NCBI GenBank assembly: GCA_965263255.1
Contig: CBDHHA010000008.1
Coordinates: forward strand, 807,006 to 871,005
Direction: 5' to 3'
DNA length: 64,000 nt
Origin: Bryobacterales bacterium
GTDB taxonomy: Bacteria; Acidobacteriota; Terriglobia; Bryobacterales; UBA6623
Position numbers and translations under genes: made by a program. This document shows, piece by piece, positions 60,092-64,000 of the stretch (positions are counted from its first letter, which is position 1; each line of letters begins with the position of its first letter). The notes under the pieces are model-generated. The model was given only the letters and a program-made list of their open reading frames with translations. It did no database searches and had not been told where the DNA came from.

Positions 60092-61963
60092 TCAGCCGAA
60101 TACGCGATAGGCGGCGAAGCCCGACACGTATGCCAGCGCAAGCATGTAGGCGAACTGCGCGATCGGCCACTTCCAGCCGCCAGTCTCCCGCCGGACGATC
60201 GCCACGGTCGACATGCACTGCATCGCGAACGCGAAGTAGACGAGCAGCGCGAGAGCGCTCCCGAATGACAGTTCCGACCGCAGCGCGTCTTGCAGGGCAG
60301 GGGAGTCCTCGTCGGCTTCCATACCGTAGATCGTCCCCAGCGTCCCGACAATCACTTCGCGGGCCGCAAGTGAGGTGATGAGCCCGATTCCGACCTTCCA
60401 GTTCAAGCCCAGGGGCTCCACCAGAGGCTCGATTGCCTTCCCGATCGATCCTGCCAGACTGTCGCCGATCTCGGGCGGTTGCCCGTCCGTGTAGGGAACG
60501 CTCGCTAGGAACCACAGCACGATCGTCGTCGCGAGAATGACCGTGCCGGCTCTCCGTAGAAAGATCTTCGAGCGGTCCAGGAGCCGATAGGACAGAGATC
60601 GCACCGTCGGCAGCCGGTACTCCGGCAGCTGCAGCATGAACGGCATGGGCCTGCTCTTCAGCACGGTTGACTTCAGCACCCACGCCGTTGCGCAGGCCGC
60701 GACGAAGCCTAGGGCATACAGCCCCAGCAGCACGGCTGCCCGTGTTCCTAGGAAGAAACCGAGCAGGGGGCGCTCGGGGATGAACGCGGCGATCAGCAGC
60801 GCGTACACGGGAAGGCGTGCGGAGCATGTGGTGAGAGGTGCGATGAAGATTGTCGCGAGCCTGTCCCGCTGGTTCTCTACGGTCCGAGCTGCCATGATCG
60901 CCGGGATTGCGCACGCATAGGAAGACAGCAGCGGAATGAAGGACCGTCCTTCGAGGCCCACAGCGCGCATCGAGCGGTCTGCGATGGCAGCCGCGCGCGC
61001 GAGGTAGCCCGAATCCTCGAGAATCCCGATGAACAGGAACAAGATGAGGATCTGGGGCAGAAAGATCACAACGGAACCGACACCGCCCCAGACCCCATCA
61101 AGCAGCAGCCCTTTCAGCATCGAGTCAGGCAGGGCGCTGCCGATCCAGCCGCCCGTAACGGCGATCAGCGAATCCACTCCATCCATCAACGGAACGGCTA
61201 GCGTGAAGATGCTCTGGAACACCGCGATCACCACAGCCAGGAAGACCAGCGGTCCCGCCACTGGATGCAGAAACACGCGGTCGAGCCTCCGCCCCCAAGC
61301 TGACGGCTCCGGCGAGTGGTAGCCCGCCTGCCTTGCGACCTCTCCGGCCCAGCGCCTTTCCGCTGGAAGATTGTTCAGTACCGGGAGCTCCACCCGTGAT
61401 GGAGGTGCCAGGGTCCCTTGCAGGAATTCGGTGACCCGGTCAATCCCCGTGCCCCGCCGGGCGCTCACCAGCACCACCGGCGCACCTACCTGGGCGGCAA
61501 TCGAACCGGCATCCACGCTGCCGCCCCGCGCGGCTAGGTCGTCCGCCATGTTGAGGACCACGAGGGTTGGGACTCCGAATTCGAGAATCTCGGGAACCAA
61601 GCGCAGTTGCGCCTCCAAGTTCGTCGAGTCCAGCACTAGGATCACCGCCGAGAGCTTGGGGATCTCGCTCGATCCTCCCCGGAGCACATCCATGCTGACC
61701 CGCTCGTCTTCGGACCGCGGGTGCGTGCCTAGGATTCCCGGTAGGTCGATTAGGCTTACGGCCTGCCCATCGGGGAGTTCCAGCCTGCCGATCCGCTTCT
61801 CGACAGTGATTCCCGGATAGTTCGCGACCTTCTGGTGCAAGCCCGTTAGCCTGTTGAAGAATGTGGACTTGCCGACGTTCGGCGCGCCGCAGATCGCCAC
61901 GACCCTGGTGTCTCCGGCCTTGGGGTCGAACTCGACGGCAGCTGGCGCGTGGGCGCTAGACAT
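60092..61963 (-). CDS. feoB: ferrous iron transporter B
   Basis: GAPNVGKS, NYPGITVE, DLPG, NMAD, EDSGYLAR, CSARLPVY, AAREV, QC. Confidence 0.96.
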   Translation of the reverse strand: MSSAHAPAAVEFDPKAGDTRVVAICGAPNVGKSTFFNRLTGLHQKVANYPGITVEKRIGRLELPDGQAVSLIDLPGILGTHPRSEDERVSMDVLRGGSSEIPKLSAVILVLDSTNLEAQLRLVPEILEFGVPTLVVLNMADDLAARGGSVDAGSIAAQVGAPVVLVSARRGTGIDRVTEFLQGTLAPPSRVELPVLNNLPAERRWAGEVARQAGYHSPEPSAWGRRLDRVFLHPVAGPLVFLAVVIAVFQSIFTLAVPLMDGVDSLIAVTGGWIGSALPDSMLKGLLLDGVWGGVGSVVIFLPQILILFLFIGILEDSGYLARAAAIADRSMRAVGLEGRSFIPLLSSYACAIPAIMAARTVENQRDRLATIFIAPLTTCSARLPVYALLIAAFIPERPLLGFFLGTRAAVLLGLYALGFVAACATAWVLKSTVLKSRPMPFMLQLPEYRLPTVRSLSYRLLDRSKIFLRRAGTVILATTIVLWFLASVPYTDGQPPEIGDSLAGSIGKAIEPLVEPLGLNWKVGIGLITSLAAREVIVGTLGTIYGMEADEDSPALQDALRSELSFGSALALLVYFAFAMQCMSTVAIVRRETGGWKWPIAQFAYMLALAYVSGFAAYRVFG

Positions 61964-62210
61964 CGGCCTGCCCTCCGAACGGTCGCTCCGCCTGCACGCC
62001 GATTCTCGATGCAGTCTCCCCTCGTAGGGCAATCTGCGTGCCGTCAAGCTGGTATACGGACAGGTCGCCAAGCGGGACGCGTCGTTGACAGGTGACGGAG
62101 GTCCCCGGAATGAACCCCAGTTCCATCAATCGCTGCGCGTCGGCCTCGCTGAATCGCAGTTCCGACACAACCGCTGTGCTGCCCGGCTTGAGATCCTGCA
62201 GACTAGCCAT
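61956..62210 (-). CDS. feoA: ferrous iron transport protein A
   Basis: RLMELGFIPGT, PLGD, IALR; overlaps the feoB start. Confidence 0.92.
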   Translation of the reverse strand: MASLQDLKPGSTAVVSELRFSEADAQRLMELGFIPGTSVTCQRRVPLGDLSVYQLDGTQIALRGETASRIGVQAERPFGGQADV

Positions 62211-62303
62211 CTTCCGGCCGACCCCTTGGCATTGCACCATTCTAGATTCCCTGCGCGAACCCAGTCCCGAAGGAAGGGCGTGCCGGCGCTAAGCTGTTTG
62301 CTC

Positions 62304-63704
62304 ATGAGAGTTGCGCGGCGGAATTTCCTGAAGGCAGGTCTGCTGGTGGGAGCACCGCCTCTCTCCGCAGCTGCCCAAGACCTCGACACCTACGGTGGCT
62401 GGACCCAGAAGCGGTTCCGGAAGACCGGATACTTCCGGATCGACAGGGACGACCGCTGGTGGCTAGTCACGCCCGAGGGAAACGGATTCCGCTCGTTCGG
62501 TGCCAACCACATCCACGGCGGCTGGTGGAAGGCCCCGTACAACGGCGATCACTGGGCCCGTGAGTTCGGAGTCAGGGGCCCGTCCGACCCGGAATTCAAT
62601 CCAAGGCTGCGCTCGGAAATGATGCGGCTACTGCCGGAGCTCGGCTTCAACTCCATTGGAGTGCACAGCGACTTGCCTGTGCTCAACCGGCCGCGACCGT
62701 TCATCCCCTATGTCGGGCGATTCGTCATTATCGACATTCCCCACTGGAAGACTCCCAGCGAGCAGGACTTTCCAGACGTCTTCTCCAAGTCCTTCGAGGA
62801 CCACGCTGTCCGCGTGGCACGGCGCGATGTCGCGCCGCTCCGGGACGATCCCATGCTGCTGGGCTATGCGATGACGGACTGCCCGATCTTCACGGACTGG
62901 GACGCCAAGGAGCGGGGTGACACTCTCTACGGCGCGCCGCGCAGGTCCCTGCCGACCTTCCCGCGCCTTCTGCGAAACCTCGACGGCGCGCAGCCCGGCA
63001 AGCGTGCGTATGTGGAGACGGTCCGCGAGCTGTACAAGGACTCCATCACAGCCTTCAATTCCGCCTACGGCACGGAGTTCGCTTCATTCGACGCCTTGGC
63101 CGGCGCCGTGCGGTGGCGCTTGCGATCCGATCCCGCAAACGGGCACGAGACGCGGGACAACACCGTCTTCCTGCGGAAGGTGGTCCGTCGGTACTACGAG
63201 GTCGCCCGTGACGCTATCCGCCGCTTCGACACGAACCATCTGTTCTTCGGGGACAAGCTCAACGGCAATACGGACGCGGCGGACACGGTCGTGGCCATCA
63301 CTTCCGAATTCACCGATCTGGTGTTCTACCAGGCATACGGCCGGTACGACTGGCTTGAGCCATCTCTGGACCGCTGGAGCCGGATCGCCGCCAAGCCCCT
63401 GTTCAATGGCGACGCGAGCTTCGCGACCCCCGACGAGAACATGCCCCGCCCCTACGGGCCCTTGGCGGCCGACCACGACGAGCGCGCCGCCTGGACCTTG
63501 GAGTATGCCGAAAAGGCGTTCGCTCGGCCGGACTTCGTCGGGTGGAGCTACTGCGGGCTCATTGACAGTTGGACCGGGCTCTCCGAAGCGAAGAAGCTGC
63601 GCCAGCACGCCGGGATGATGACGCCCACCGGCGGATTTCATGGTCCCATGCGAAGGGCCATCCGGACCATTGCCGATCGCCTGTACGAATTCGGCCGGGA
63701 CTGA
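62304..63704 (+). CDS. Tat-exported glycoside hydrolase-like protein (GH50/agarase-like fold)
   Basis: ARRNFLK Tat motif; LDTYGGW, TGYFR, WWLVTPEGN, GFNSIG, PDVF, DDPMLLGY, D.NHLFFG, FVGW. Confidence 0.6.
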   Translation: MRVARRNFLKAGLLVGAPPLSAAAQDLDTYGGWTQKRFRKTGYFRIDRDDRWWLVTPEGNGFRSFGANHIHGGWWKAPYNGDHWAREFGVRGPSDPEFNPRLRSEMMRLLPELGFNSIGVHSDLPVLNRPRPFIPYVGRFVIIDIPHWKTPSEQDFPDVFSKSFEDHAVRVARRDVAPLRDDPMLLGYAMTDCPIFTDWDAKERGDTLYGAPRRSLPTFPRLLRNLDGAQPGKRAYVETVRELYKDSITAFNSAYGTEFASFDALAGAVRWRLRSDPANGHETRDNTVFLRKVVRRYYEVARDAIRRFDTNHLFFGDKLNGNTDAADTVVAITSEFTDLVFYQAYGRYDWLEPSLDRWSRIAAKPLFNGDASFATPDENMPRPYGPLAADHDERAAWTLEYAEKAFARPDFVGWSYCGLIDSWTGLSEAKKLRQHAGMMTPTGGFHGPMRRAIRTIADRLYEFGRD

Positions 63705-63894
63705 GTGCGCTGCGAGCCCTGGCCACTGCGGCTTCGAGACGTGCGGCGACCAGCACTGCCGCGTCGCCGCACCCCTCTGTGCGAGTTGCAGGCGGAAGCT
63801 TGACCGGCGGCATCCGGCCGGGCTCCATGCTCGCTAGAATCGGGCTGGAATTTCCGCTGTTCCAGCGGAACAGGGAACGTGTTATTCTAGAATC

Positions 63895-64000
63895 ATGCAA
63901 GGCCAGAGCAAGGTCATCGACCACTTGAACCGGGTGTTAAAGGGCGAGTTTACAGCCATACACCAGTACATAGTCCATGCCGAAATGTGCGACAACTGGG
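63895..64000 (+). CDS. bfr: bacterioferritin, N-terminal part (runs off window end)
   Basis: Manual translation MQGQSKVIDHLNRVLKGEFTAIHQYIVHAEMCDNW. Confidence 0.88.
   Translation, partial: MQGQSKVIDHLNRVLKGEFTAIHQYIVHAEMCDNW

Overview
GC-rich bacterial chromosome segment. The gene families (Oar-type TonB receptor, ASPIC/UnbV-TPR protein, cytochrome c-fused PQQ enzyme, Tat Gfo/Idh/MocA) suggest Acidobacteriota, Bryobacterales-like. The NHL/Sel1-repeat protease hints at a host-associated lifestyle such as a sponge; both points are inference. Housekeeping genes: atpHAGD and atpC, trpS, coaD, rpsU, prmC, feoAB, the start of bfr, and an lpxA-like gene. Many periplasmic carbohydrate and redox enzymes are interspersed. 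The most notable items are: (1) a Tat Gfo/Idh/MocA + cytochrome c-FGE-fold + ApbE operon that may be an extracytoplasmic flavinylation/electron-transfer system with a non-canonical FMN acceptor motif; (2) a complete ISAs1 element (inverted repeats, 9-bp target duplication) whose transposase is fused to a DUF4338/DruA-like domain and has an internal RBS; (3) a protease-NHL-Sel1 protein with an unrecognised ~58-aa repeat; (4) an SGNH hydrolase gene inside the F1 ATP synthase operon; (5) two toxin-antitoxin modules with decayed toxins; (6) recurrent -10 boxes right before start codons, suggesting leaderless genes. No rRNA, tRNA or CRISPR array was seen. All assignments come from motif recognition by eye, with no database searches.
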